NCBI GenBank assembly: GCA_016234445.1
Contig: JACRBT010000008.1
Span: forward strand, 9,109 to 73,108
Length of the DNA stretch: 64,000 bases
Source: Chloroflexota bacterium
GTDB lineage: Bacteria > Chloroflexota > Dehalococcoidia > Tepidiformales > Tepidiformaceae
Direction of reading: 5' to 3'
Shown here one piece after another: positions 1 to 8,159 of the stretch. The position numbers and the translations under genes are program-made. The stretch's first letter is position 1, and every line of letters starts with the position of its first letter. The notes under the pieces were generated by a model. That model had not been told where the DNA came from. It worked only from the letters and a program-made list of their open reading frames with translations, and did no database searches.

Positions 1-733
1 TGTCGAGCATCTGGTCGGCTTCGTCGAGGACGGCGAAGCGTACGTGCGAGAGGGAAAGCGTCCCCCGGCGGATGTGGTCGATGACTCGCCCGGGCGTCCC
101 GACGACGACTTCAGCGCCGCGTTCGAGGGCGACCATGTCGCCGTGGAGGCTCTTGCCGCCGACGAGGCCGACGGTCGTGAAGCCGTAGAAGCGGCTGAGG
201 TGGTCGAGGACTTCCTTCACCTGGTTCGCGAGTTCGCGCGTGGGGACGAGGACAATGGCCTGGACCTGGCGGGTGCGAGGTTCGACCGCGAGCGCCAGCG
301 GCAGCCCGAAGGCGAGCGTCTTGCCGCTGCCCGTCTGGGCAAGGCCGACGAGGTCGTGGCCGTCGAGGAGCTTCGGCAATGCCTCTTCCTGGATGGGCGT
401 GGGGGTGTCGAAGCCGAGGGCCGCGATCGCCTGGAGGCCGGTTTCGTCCACACCGAGGGCGCGGAACGCTTCGGAGAGCGGCCCGACCGGGGCCGGAGCG
501 CGGCCGGGAGTCGCCGTCGGAGCCTGTTCGGTGACGGCGCCGTCTGGGTGGCTGCGGCCGCGGCCACCGCGCTTGCGGCGTCGCCGGGCGGGCGCCTCGC
601 CGGCGGCGGCGGGCGTGTGGAGGACGGGGGAGTGGTGGTGGTCCGGGGCATGTGGCGGGCGATGGCTCGCCGGGGCGGCACTGGCCGCGGACAGGACGGT
701 CGATGTGGGGGCGCCGGGTCCACCGGCGGGCAC
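1..733 (-). CDS. DEAD-box ATP-dependent RNA helicase, N-terminal part (gene continues past the window start)
   Basis: Own minus-strand translation in the frame open to position 1. It shows the Q-motif region GFDTPTPIQ, motif I AQTGSGKT, Ia PTRELA, Ib GTPGR and II DEAD. The only canonical in-frame start after the upstream stop (776-778) is GTG at 733. The gene is absent from the ORF track because it runs off the edge. Confidence 0.85.
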   Translation of the reverse strand, partial: MPAGGPGAPTSTVLSAASAAPASHRPPHAPDHHHSPVLHTPAAAGEAPARRRRKRGGRGRSHPDGAVTEQAPTATPGRAPAPVGPLSEAFRALGVDETGLQAIAALGFDTPTPIQEEALPKLLDGHDLVGLAQTGSGKTLAFGLPLALAVEPRTRQVQAIVLVPTRELANQVKEVLDHLSRFYGFTTVGLVGGKSLHGDMVALERGAEVVVGTPGRVIDHIRRGTLSLSHVRFAVLDEADQMLD

Positions 734-1037
734 GGGCTCATGCTCCGTGCGCTTACGTCTGAAGAAGAGCAGGGGTCAACCAAACCTTGGGAAAGATGTT
801 GCCAGGCGCCTTGCGAGGAGAAGGCAGCGCTTCGGTGGCGCGCGACCAGGCGGGCGCAAGAAGCCGCACGGGGACACCCTTTGGGCATCCGGGTTCCCGG
901 TGAGGGCCGGGGCCAGCGACTGGCTGGCGGAGTGGCTTCACAAACAACTCAACGTAAGCATAGCACACTGTTCGGCGTACTCATGCCAATGCCCCGGCCT
1001 CCCGCTTAGAATGGCCCCACACAACGGAGGTCAAGTC

Positions 1038-1943
1038 ATGGCGGAATACAACACCATCGTCTACGAAGTCGAACGCGGCCGCGCCCGCATCACCCTCAAT
1101 CGCCCTGAAAAACTGAACGCCCTCTCCGCCGAACTCCAGCGGGAACTGAACGACGCGCTCTGGGAGGCTGACAACGACCGCAACGTCCACGCCGTCATCC
1201 TCAAGGGCGCCGGGCGGGCCTTCAGCGCCGGCTACGACCTCACCCCCATGTCCCGTCCCCGGGCCGAGACTCCGCCGGGCGAAACCTACACCGCCGTCTA
1301 CCGCGGTGGCGCCACCTTCGACGACGACGCCTGGCAACTCGAACGCGGGCAGCGCCTTCGCATGGCCATCTTCGACATGCACAAGCCGGTCATCGCCCAG
1401 GTCCACGGCCATTGCATTGCCGGCGGCACCGACGTCGCCTTCCTCTGCGACATCGTCATCGCGGCCGAAAACGCCACCATCGGCTTCCCCCCGACCCGGG
1501 CCATGGGCGCTCCCCCCAACAACATGTGGATCTACAACTGCGGCCCCCAGTGGGCGAAACGGCTCCTCCTCACCGGCGACACCATCACCGGGGCCGAAGC
1601 CGCGAAGATCGGCCTCGTCCTCAAGGCCGTCCCGCCCGACATGCTCTCGGCCGAGGTCGAGGGCCTTGTCGACCGCATGGCGATGATCGACACCGAGCTC
1701 CTTTCCGCGAACAAGCGGATCGTGAACCTCCAGCTGGAGCTGATGGGCGCCCGCACCATCCAGCGCATGGCAGCCGAAAACGACGCCCGCGCCCACCTCG
1801 CCCCCAGCGTCCGCGAATTCGGCCGGATCGCCCGCGAACAGGGCCTCAAGGCCGCCCTCCACTGGCGCGACGACAAATTCGGCGACGGCCGTGCCCGGGT
1901 GGAAGGTCCCGAGACTCGCGACGAGAATGGCCGCTTGAAATGA
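1038..1943 (+). CDS. Enoyl-CoA hydratase/isomerase (crotonase) family protein
   Basis: ORF 240..1943 is over-extended. ATG 1038 is preceded by GGAGG. The translation reads MAEYNTIVYEVERGRARITLNRPEKLNAL, GAGRAFSAGYDL, HGHCIAGG, which is typical of the crotonase fold. Confidence 0.85.
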   Translation: MAEYNTIVYEVERGRARITLNRPEKLNALSAELQRELNDALWEADNDRNVHAVILKGAGRAFSAGYDLTPMSRPRAETPPGETYTAVYRGGATFDDDAWQLERGQRLRMAIFDMHKPVIAQVHGHCIAGGTDVAFLCDIVIAAENATIGFPPTRAMGAPPNNMWIYNCGPQWAKRLLLTGDTITGAEAAKIGLVLKAVPPDMLSAEVEGLVDRMAMIDTELLSANKRIVNLQLELMGARTIQRMAAENDARAHLAPSVREFGRIAREQGLKAALHWRDDKFGDGRARVEGPETRDENGRLK

Positions 1944-2566
1944 CGATCAAAGCGACCTCGTTCCTCTCCCTCGTCGCGATCTGGGCCGCCATGATCGCCG
2001 CCGTCGCGTTTGGCGACGCCCCCTGGTGGACACTGATCTTCGCCTTCCTCGCCTCCGGGGCTGTTGGCGTCGGGATGTGGCGGCGGCTTGGCGTCTCCCG
2101 CCTCATCGCGATCACGGGCACCTGGGTGACGACAGCCTGGGCCGTGGGCGCCGAACCGGACACCGGCTGGATCACCGTCTTCGCCTTCCTCACCACCGGC
2201 GCGATCGTCTACAGCCTCATGCGCCGCGACGCCATCGGCCTCGGCGCCGGGATCGCCTTCACCTGGCTCATCGTCGCCCTCGTCATCCTCGACAACGAAG
2301 GCGACGGCGCCTGGATCGCCGTCTTCGCCTTCCTCACCGCCGGGTCGCTTTCGAACAGCCGCAGCCGCCACATGAAGGGCCTCACGGCGATCCTCTGGTG
2401 GGGCATCGCCGGCGTCATCATGCTCGCCACCGACGGCTGGTTCTGGCTGGCCGTGCCCGCCTTCATCTTCACATCCGCCTCCTTCGGGTTCCGCGACTTC
2501 AGCTTCCCCCGCCGCATCGAATGGGACCTCCGCGAACGCGACGACGACGGCTACGTGGTGAAGTAA
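1940..2566 (+). CDS. Polytopic membrane protein with four internal repeats, function unknown
   Basis: ATG 1940 overlaps the upstream stop (ATGA). The protein is almost entirely hydrophobic. It repeats the motifs WWTLIFAFLASG, GWITVFAFLTTG, AWIAVFAFLTAG and FWLAVPAFIFTS. Confidence 0.6.
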   Translation: MTIKATSFLSLVAIWAAMIAAVAFGDAPWWTLIFAFLASGAVGVGMWRRLGVSRLIAITGTWVTTAWAVGAEPDTGWITVFAFLTTGAIVYSLMRRDAIGLGAGIAFTWLIVALVILDNEGDGAWIAVFAFLTAGSLSNSRSRHMKGLTAILWWGIAGVIMLATDGWFWLAVPAFIFTSASFGFRDFSFPRRIEWDLRERDDDGYVVK

Positions 2567-2572
2567 CATCGA

Positions 2573-2791
2573 GTGGTGACCCGGCGGCAGGACAACGTGG
2601 CGATGGACGACAGCGACGAGCCCAACCTCGGGCCGGACGAACGTGACCTCGACCTCATCGACGGCTCCTGGGAGCGCCGCTACTACGGCGGCCGCGTCAA
2701 ACACCGCGACTGGACCACCATCGGCGTCGGCCTCGGGTTGATGGCGCTCGCCGGGATGGTGCTCCCCATGCTCCTGGTCTTCCTCCGGTGA
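2573..2791 (+). CDS. Small hypothetical protein with one C-terminal TM helix
   Basis: 72-aa ORF with an acidic N-terminus and a C-terminal hydrophobic helix (IGVGLGLMALAGMVLPMLLVFL). Its stop overlaps the GTG start of the next gene (GTGA). Confidence 0.4.
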   Translation: MVTRRQDNVAMDDSDEPNLGPDERDLDLIDGSWERRYYGGRVKHRDWTTIGVGLGLMALAGMVLPMLLVFLR

Positions 2792-3408
2792 CGGCCCCGC
2801 TGGCCCTCGAAGGCAAGGTCGTCGCGATCATCGGCCGCGGCAGCGACTCCGACCGCGCCCTCGCGGTGGCCTGCGCCGAAGCCGGCGCCACGATCGCCCT
2901 CGCGACCCAGTCGCCCGCACCGGAACAGGACTTCGCGATGAACTCGATCGCGAACGAAGTCTGGGTCATCGGCCGCGACCACTTCGTCCGCGCCATGGAC
3001 GGCTCCGACCCGGCCGCGGTCGCCGCCTTCGCGGACGAAACCTGGGACCGCTTCCGCCGTTGCGACATCCTCATCTGCGCCCATGAAGCGATGACCACGG
3101 CACCCCTGGACGAACTCTCCGCCGACGAATGGGAGCCCTCCCTGCGGACGAACCTCACCGGCCCCTTCCTCGCCGCCCAGGCCTTCGGACGGCTGATGGA
3201 GCGCCAGGGCGGCGGCCAGGTCATCCTCCTCGCCCGCGACACGGCCGGGGCCGACGCCGCCTTCGAGGCCGCCATCGCCGGGCTCGCCGGGGTCGCGAAC
3301 GCGGTCAATCGCGCCTGGGGTGCGGCCGGCGTCCGCGCCCATCCCCTCCCCCCCGGCCCTCCCGGCGACGCGGGCGCGCCCATCCGCCAGGCGATCGCCG
3401 GCCCCTGA
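2788..3408 (+). CDS. SDR-fold (Rossmann) protein with degenerate catalytic residues
   Basis: LEGKVVAIIGRGSDSDRALA resembles the SDR nucleotide-binding turn. The position of YxxxK reads FEAAI, and no catalytic Ser is evident. Confidence 0.55.
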   Translation: MTAPLALEGKVVAIIGRGSDSDRALAVACAEAGATIALATQSPAPEQDFAMNSIANEVWVIGRDHFVRAMDGSDPAAVAAFADETWDRFRRCDILICAHEAMTTAPLDELSADEWEPSLRTNLTGPFLAAQAFGRLMERQGGGQVILLARDTAGADAAFEAAIAGLAGVANAVNRAWGAAGVRAHPLPPGPPGDAGAPIRQAIAGP

Positions 3409-3495
3409 CCCGGGTCGCGCACGCCCACCTGGTCGGCGGTGCGCCTACAGGCGGCTCTGCTATCATCCTCAATTCCAGCAAGGGATCGGGTTTTC

Positions 3496-4404
3496 ATGGA
3501 AGCAACCGCCGTCACTGTCCGCGTGCCCGCCACCAGCGCCAACCTCGGCGCCGGGTTCGATTGCCTTGGCCTCGCCCTCGACCTCTTCGCCTCGATCACG
3601 GTCACCTTCAGCGACTGCGAACAGCCCCCGACCGAAGACGTCGGCGAGAAGATGGTGCTCACCGCCATCCGCCAGACGTTCCTGCGACTGAACCAGCCCG
3701 GTCCCGTCGGCGTCCGCGCCCGCTACAACGTCGCCATCCCGCTCGGGCGGGGCCTTGGCGCCAGTGCCGTCGCGCGCGTGGCCGGCGCCCTCGCGGCGAA
3801 CGAGATCGCCGGCCGCCCGCTCGACGAAGACGCCTGCCTCGCCATCGCCAGCGACCTCGAGGGCCACGGCGACAACGCCTGCCCGGCGATGTTCGGAGGC
3901 CTGCAGGTCTGCGTCAGCGCAGGCGAAGGCCGCTACCTCCACGCCCCCTTCACCCACCCGGCCGGCGTCCAGATGGCCATCCTCGTCCCCGACCACTCGA
4001 TGGCAACCAAGGACGCCCGCAAGGTCTTGCCTGACAGCTACGGCAAGCCCGACGTCATCCACAACGTCGGCCGGGCGGCGCTCTTCGTCGCGGCGATGAA
4101 CGCGGGCCGGCTCGACCTCCTCGACGAGGCGACCCAGGACCGCGTCCACCAGCCCCAGCGCGCCGCCCTCTTCCCGCCCATGTTCGACATCTTCGCAGCG
4201 GCGAAGCGGGCCGGCGCCCACGCCGCCTGGCTCTCCGGCGCCGGCAGCTCGATCGCCGCCATCTGCCCGGAAGACGTCGCCCGCCCGGCCGCCTCGGCTA
4301 TGCTCGAAGAACTCCAGCACGCGGGGATGAGCGGCCGGTCGATGGTCACCCGCATCGCCAAAGACGGCGCCACGGTTTCGAAGGTGGAGCTGGTGGAGGC
4401 CTGA
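3496..4404 (+). CDS. thrB: Homoserine kinase
   Basis: VRVPATSANLGAGFDCLGLAL and the GHMP-kinase motif PLGRGLGASAV. ATG 3496 was chosen within ORF 3439..4404. Confidence 0.85.
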   Translation: MEATAVTVRVPATSANLGAGFDCLGLALDLFASITVTFSDCEQPPTEDVGEKMVLTAIRQTFLRLNQPGPVGVRARYNVAIPLGRGLGASAVARVAGALAANEIAGRPLDEDACLAIASDLEGHGDNACPAMFGGLQVCVSAGEGRYLHAPFTHPAGVQMAILVPDHSMATKDARKVLPDSYGKPDVIHNVGRAALFVAAMNAGRLDLLDEATQDRVHQPQRAALFPPMFDIFAAAKRAGAHAAWLSGAGSSIAAICPEDVARPAASAMLEELQHAGMSGRSMVTRIAKDGATVSKVELVEA

Positions 4405-4406
4405 CC

Positions 4407-4883
4407 ATGCCCCTCCGGCCCGCCATCGAAGCCGACCTCGACACCATCATCGAACTCATCCACGCCCTCGCCGAATACGAACGTGAGCCCGAGGCCGTCG
4501 TCCTCGACCGCGACTCGCTCCGCCGCCACCTCTTCGGCTCCCGCCCCTACGCCGAAGTCATCCTCGCCGAGACTGACGCAGGCGAAAGCGCCGGGTTCGC
4601 GCTCTTCTTCCACAACTTCAGCACCTGGCTGGGGCAGCCCGGGCTCTACCTCGAAGACCTCTTCGTCCGGCCCATCCATCGCGGCCGTGGCTATGGCAAG
4701 CTCCTCCTGGCCGAACTCGCGCGGCTGGCGGTCGAACGTGGCTGCGGCCGGGTCGAATGGTCCGTCCTCGACTGGAACGAGCCCTCGATCGCCTTCTACA
4801 AGGGCCTCGGCGCGCTCCCCATGGACGAATGGACCACCTACCGCCTGGCCGGCGACGCCCTCCGCCGCCTCGCGCGCGAATAG
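4407..4883 (+). CDS. GNAT family N-acetyltransferase (diamine acetyltransferase-like)
   Basis: 158 aa. The acetyl-CoA binding segment reads LFVRPIHRGRGYGKLLLAEL, with WNEPSIAFYKGLGA near the C-terminus. Confidence 0.8.
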   Translation: MPLRPAIEADLDTIIELIHALAEYEREPEAVVLDRDSLRRHLFGSRPYAEVILAETDAGESAGFALFFHNFSTWLGQPGLYLEDLFVRPIHRGRGYGKLLLAELARLAVERGCGRVEWSVLDWNEPSIAFYKGLGALPMDEWTTYRLAGDALRRLARE

Positions 4884-4896
4884 GACGGGCCGTGCC

Positions 4897-6276
4897 TCAG
4901 TGGGCTTCGCGCCAGGCCACTTCCCAGACCCGCACCGGCTCGTCCAGCCCCTTGAACTGCTGGAGACCCCGGTCGCTGAAGAGGTAGCCCTTCCCCGCGA
5001 CCAGCTCCCGCACGACGTTCGAAACCAGGATCTCCCCGCCCGCGGCCGAACTCGCGATCCGGGATGCCGTGATGACGGCCGCCCCGAAGAGGTCCCCGTC
5101 CTCCGCGATCGGCTCGCCGGCGTTGACGCCCACCCGCACCCGGAGGCTCTCCCAGCGCGGGTCGCCCGCCGCCGAGTCGCGGTTCAGGTCGGTGAGCGCA
5201 CGCTGGAGGGTGACGGCGCAGTCGATCGCCCGCTGCGCCGACCCGAACGAAGCCATGAAGCCGTCGCCCATCGTCTTCAACTCGGTCCCACCGTGCTGCT
5301 GGAGGGCTGACCGGGTGAGCCGCTCGTGTTCGCGGAGGACGTCGCGGCTGGCGGCGTCGCCGAGGCGCTGGACGAGGGCGGTGTGGCCTTCGACGTCGGT
5401 GAAGAGGATCGTCCGGAACTCTGGCTGGGCCGAAGCGGCAGCTGGGGCTGGCGTGGCGTCTGCGGGGGCTTCGCTCCAGTCCTCGCCGAAGAACTCGCCC
5501 ATCTTGCCGACCATCTCGTCTGTCGCGCCCTCCACGGGACTGCCGCCGACAAGGGCCAGCCGGGCATCTGGCATCGAGGCCACGAACCGCCGCACCGCAG
5601 CCTCCGGCGCCCATCCCGACGACTCCGTCCGGATGACCAGCACCGGGCAGCGGATCTGTTCGAGGTGCGGCTGGAGGTCCACGCCGAGCATCGCGTCGTA
5701 GATGCGGATCGCCGTCTCCGCCGTGACGCACTGCCGGAAGAACGCCGCATAGCGCGGGCCTTCTGCACGGCCCCAGCCGTACGTCTCCGCACTCAGGGCG
5801 TCGGTGAACATCCGGAAGTCCGCCTTGAGCATCTCCCGCCAGAGGTTCAGCCGCTCCAGGGGCATGAAGTCTTTTCCGCGGACGAAGGGGTTCACCGCGA
5901 CCAGCCGCTCGACCCGCTCCGGGTGCGCCGCCGCATAGGCGATGGCGGTCTGGTTGCCGTGCCCGCCCGCCAGGAGCGAAACCTTCTCCGCGCCGAGCTT
6001 CGCCACCACCGCTTCGAGGTCGCTCACCCGGGCTTCGAGCGAAAAGCCCGCAATGTCACGGTCGGAGAGCCCCGTACCCCGGCCGTCGAAGCGGACGAGC
6101 GTGCGGTAGTGGGAGAGGTGCTCGATACTCCGGCGGCGCTCAGGGTCGCCCCACTCGAGCTGGACGTGGTTGTCGGGCGGCGCCGGGACCGAGATCAGGA
6201 CGGGGCCGCTCCCCGACACCGCATAGGCGATGTGGGTGCCGTCGGCGGCGGTTGCGTAGGCGATCCGTGGCTCCAT
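4897..6276 (-). CDS. Alpha/beta-hydrolase-fold domain fused to a class III adenylate/guanylate cyclase domain
   Basis: The N-terminal half is alpha/beta-hydrolase-like (RFDGRGTGLSD, AAHPERVERLVAVNP). The C-terminal half has cyclase motifs ILFTDVEGHT, KTMGDGFMASF and GAAVITASRI. Confidence 0.8.
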   Translation of the reverse strand: MEPRIAYATAADGTHIAYAVSGSGPVLISVPAPPDNHVQLEWGDPERRRSIEHLSHYRTLVRFDGRGTGLSDRDIAGFSLEARVSDLEAVVAKLGAEKVSLLAGGHGNQTAIAYAAAHPERVERLVAVNPFVRGKDFMPLERLNLWREMLKADFRMFTDALSAETYGWGRAEGPRYAAFFRQCVTAETAIRIYDAMLGVDLQPHLEQIRCPVLVIRTESSGWAPEAAVRRFVASMPDARLALVGGSPVEGATDEMVGKMGEFFGEDWSEAPADATPAPAAASAQPEFRTILFTDVEGHTALVQRLGDAASRDVLREHERLTRSALQQHGGTELKTMGDGFMASFGSAQRAIDCAVTLQRALTDLNRDSAAGDPRWESLRVRVGVNAGEPIAEDGDLFGAAVITASRIASSAAGGEILVSNVVRELVAGKGYLFSDRGLQQFKGLDEPVRVWEVAWREAH

Positions 6277-6352
6277 TCGACTATTGTACGCACACGCCCG
6301 GGGGCGGATGTTGGCCGAACGTGGCCGCGGTCACCTTCCGGCGCCGTCGACG

Positions 6353-7240
6353 CTACTCGAAGCCGGGGGCCATCGCCAGGATGTTGAGGACGTAGAGCCG
6401 CGTCTCCGCATAGGGGCCGTAGCGCTCGACCGCGGCCAAGCCCTGGTAGTAGGCCGCGAGCGCCGTCCACTCGTCGCCGAAGTAGTCGATGTGGTGGCGA
6501 AGGACGGCCGCGCCCACCCGGGCGTTCCCCTCCACCGACCCCACCCAGTCCACGGATTCGCCCATCACCACTTCCTGCGCCCACTCGGCCGTCGCCGGCG
6601 TCAGTTGGAGCAGCCCCACCGCGCCCGCGTGGCTGACGACGTGCTGCTGCCAGCCGCTTTCCTGCCACGCCAGCGAGAGCAAGAGCTCCTCGCGGACGCC
6701 GAACTCCCATGCCGCCGCCCGCAGTGCCGCTTCCGCTTCCGCCTTCGTCACGCGGACGGCCGCTGGAGCGTTCGAGCCCCCGCCCCCGGCACTCCCCGGG
6801 ACCACCAGCAGCTCCCCGGCGTAGATCCGGTCGGGATCGTCGATCCCGTTGGCCGATGCGATCGCCGCCGCGCTCACGCCGTACTCCGAGGCGATGCCGC
6901 TCAGCGTTTCCGCCGCCGCCACCTGGTGATAGCGGTCCGCCGCTGCCGTTGGCGCCCCGCCCGCATAGGGCGCTGCCGTGATGACCAGCGACTCCCCCGC
7001 GAGGATCTGGTCCGGGTCGTCGAGGCCGTTCGCGCGCACGAGGTCGTCGACGCTCACCCCATACTCGAACGCGATCGCGGAAAGCGTGTCGCCCGGTTGG
7101 ACGACGTAGGGTGCGTCCGCCCGGGCCGTCCCCGGACCCGCCGAGATGACGACCGCCACCGCCACGCCCGCCAGCCGCGCAAGCCGCGGCCCAACAGTAC
7201 TTCTCACCTCTCCAAGATCGACGGCCGCGTCCCCGCTCAT
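6353..7240 (-). CDS. Secreted lytic transglycosylase with two LysM domains
   Basis: The real gene lies inside ORF 6353..8143. It has a signal-like segment LARLAGVAVAVVISAGPGTARA and two LysM repeats (YVVQPGDTLSAIAFEYGVSVDDLVRANGL; HQVAAAETLSGIASEYGVSAAAIASANGI). The SLT motif reads LSLAWQESGWQ...GAVGLLQL. Confidence 0.8.
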   Translation of the reverse strand: MSGDAAVDLGEVRSTVGPRLARLAGVAVAVVISAGPGTARADAPYVVQPGDTLSAIAFEYGVSVDDLVRANGLDDPDQILAGESLVITAAPYAGGAPTAAADRYHQVAAAETLSGIASEYGVSAAAIASANGIDDPDRIYAGELLVVPGSAGGGGSNAPAAVRVTKAEAEAALRAAAWEFGVREELLLSLAWQESGWQQHVVSHAGAVGLLQLTPATAEWAQEVVMGESVDWVGSVEGNARVGAAVLRHHIDYFGDEWTALAAYYQGLAAVERYGPYAETRLYVLNILAMAPGFE

Positions 7241-7300
7241 CACGTCCCGGGGGATCGCTGCCGTGCCCGTTGCGGCGGCGCCCCTGTACCATATTCCGCC

Positions 7301-8146
7301 ATGAGCAATCGCCGAATCCTCGCTGTCTATGGTCACCCCGATGACGAAGGCCAGGTCACCGGGACCCTCGCCCACTTCCTCGAGGCCGGGAGCCGCGTCA
7401 CCCTCGTCTGCGCCACGCGTGGCGAAGTCGGAGAAATCAGCGACCCCTCCCTGGGCACCGCCGAGACACTCGGCTATGTCCGCGAACTCGAACTTCGCGC
7501 CGCCATGGCCCAGATCGGCCTCGCCGACGTCCGCCTCCTGCCCTTCCGCGACAGCGGCATGGCCGGCACCCCCGAGAACGACGACCCCCGCTGCCTCCAC
7601 CAGGCACCCGCCGAGACCGTGGTCGAACAGCTCGTCGGGATCATCCGCGAAGTCCAGCCCCACTTCGTCTTCACCTGGGACCCGAACGGCGGCTACGGCC
7701 ACCCGGACCACATCGCCGTCCACAAGCACACCGTGGCCGCCTACGACGCCGCCGGGGACTCCCACGCCTTCCCCTACGTCGGCGAACCCTGGACCCCCGA
7801 GCGCCTCTACTGGGGCGCCTTCACGATGAAGCGCTTCGCCCGCATGTGGATGGAGATGGAAGAGCGCGGCCTTCTCCCCGAGCCGCTCGACCCCGAACGC
7901 CGCCTCCGCTTCGAAAACGCCATGAAGGAGCCGGACCCGGCCGTCCACGTCATCCACGACGTCGGCCACCACGTCGAGCGCAAGCGCGCCGCCGCGGGGA
8001 TGCACCGCAGCCAGTTCGGCGAAAACAGCATGTTCGCTCGCATCCCGGAAGACCTTCGCCAGCGCTTCTACGCGACCGAACAGTTCTTCCAGGCCCGGCC
8101 CGCCATCAGTGACCCCGCCGAACCGGTCCACGGTTTCGGCCACTGA
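7301..8146 (+). CDS. PIG-L/LmbE family deacetylase
   Basis: ATG 7301 within ORF 6284..8146. Motifs are ILAVYGHPDDE, TRGEVGE and GGYGHPDHIAVH. Confidence 0.8.
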   Translation: MSNRRILAVYGHPDDEGQVTGTLAHFLEAGSRVTLVCATRGEVGEISDPSLGTAETLGYVRELELRAAMAQIGLADVRLLPFRDSGMAGTPENDDPRCLHQAPAETVVEQLVGIIREVQPHFVFTWDPNGGYGHPDHIAVHKHTVAAYDAAGDSHAFPYVGEPWTPERLYWGAFTMKRFARMWMEMEERGLLPEPLDPERRLRFENAMKEPDPAVHVIHDVGHHVERKRAAAGMHRSQFGENSMFARIPEDLRQRFYATEQFFQARPAISDPAEPVHGFGH

Positions 8147-8159
8147 GGCATGGGTTCCG

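Noticed and set aside
6284-8146. Two mutually antisense ~600-aa ORFs (6284..8146 plus strand, 6353..8143 minus strand)
   Set aside because: Each contains one real gene at opposite ends: LysM-SLT at 6353-7240 (minus) and PIG-L at 7301-8146 (plus). The remainder of each ORF is antisense junk.
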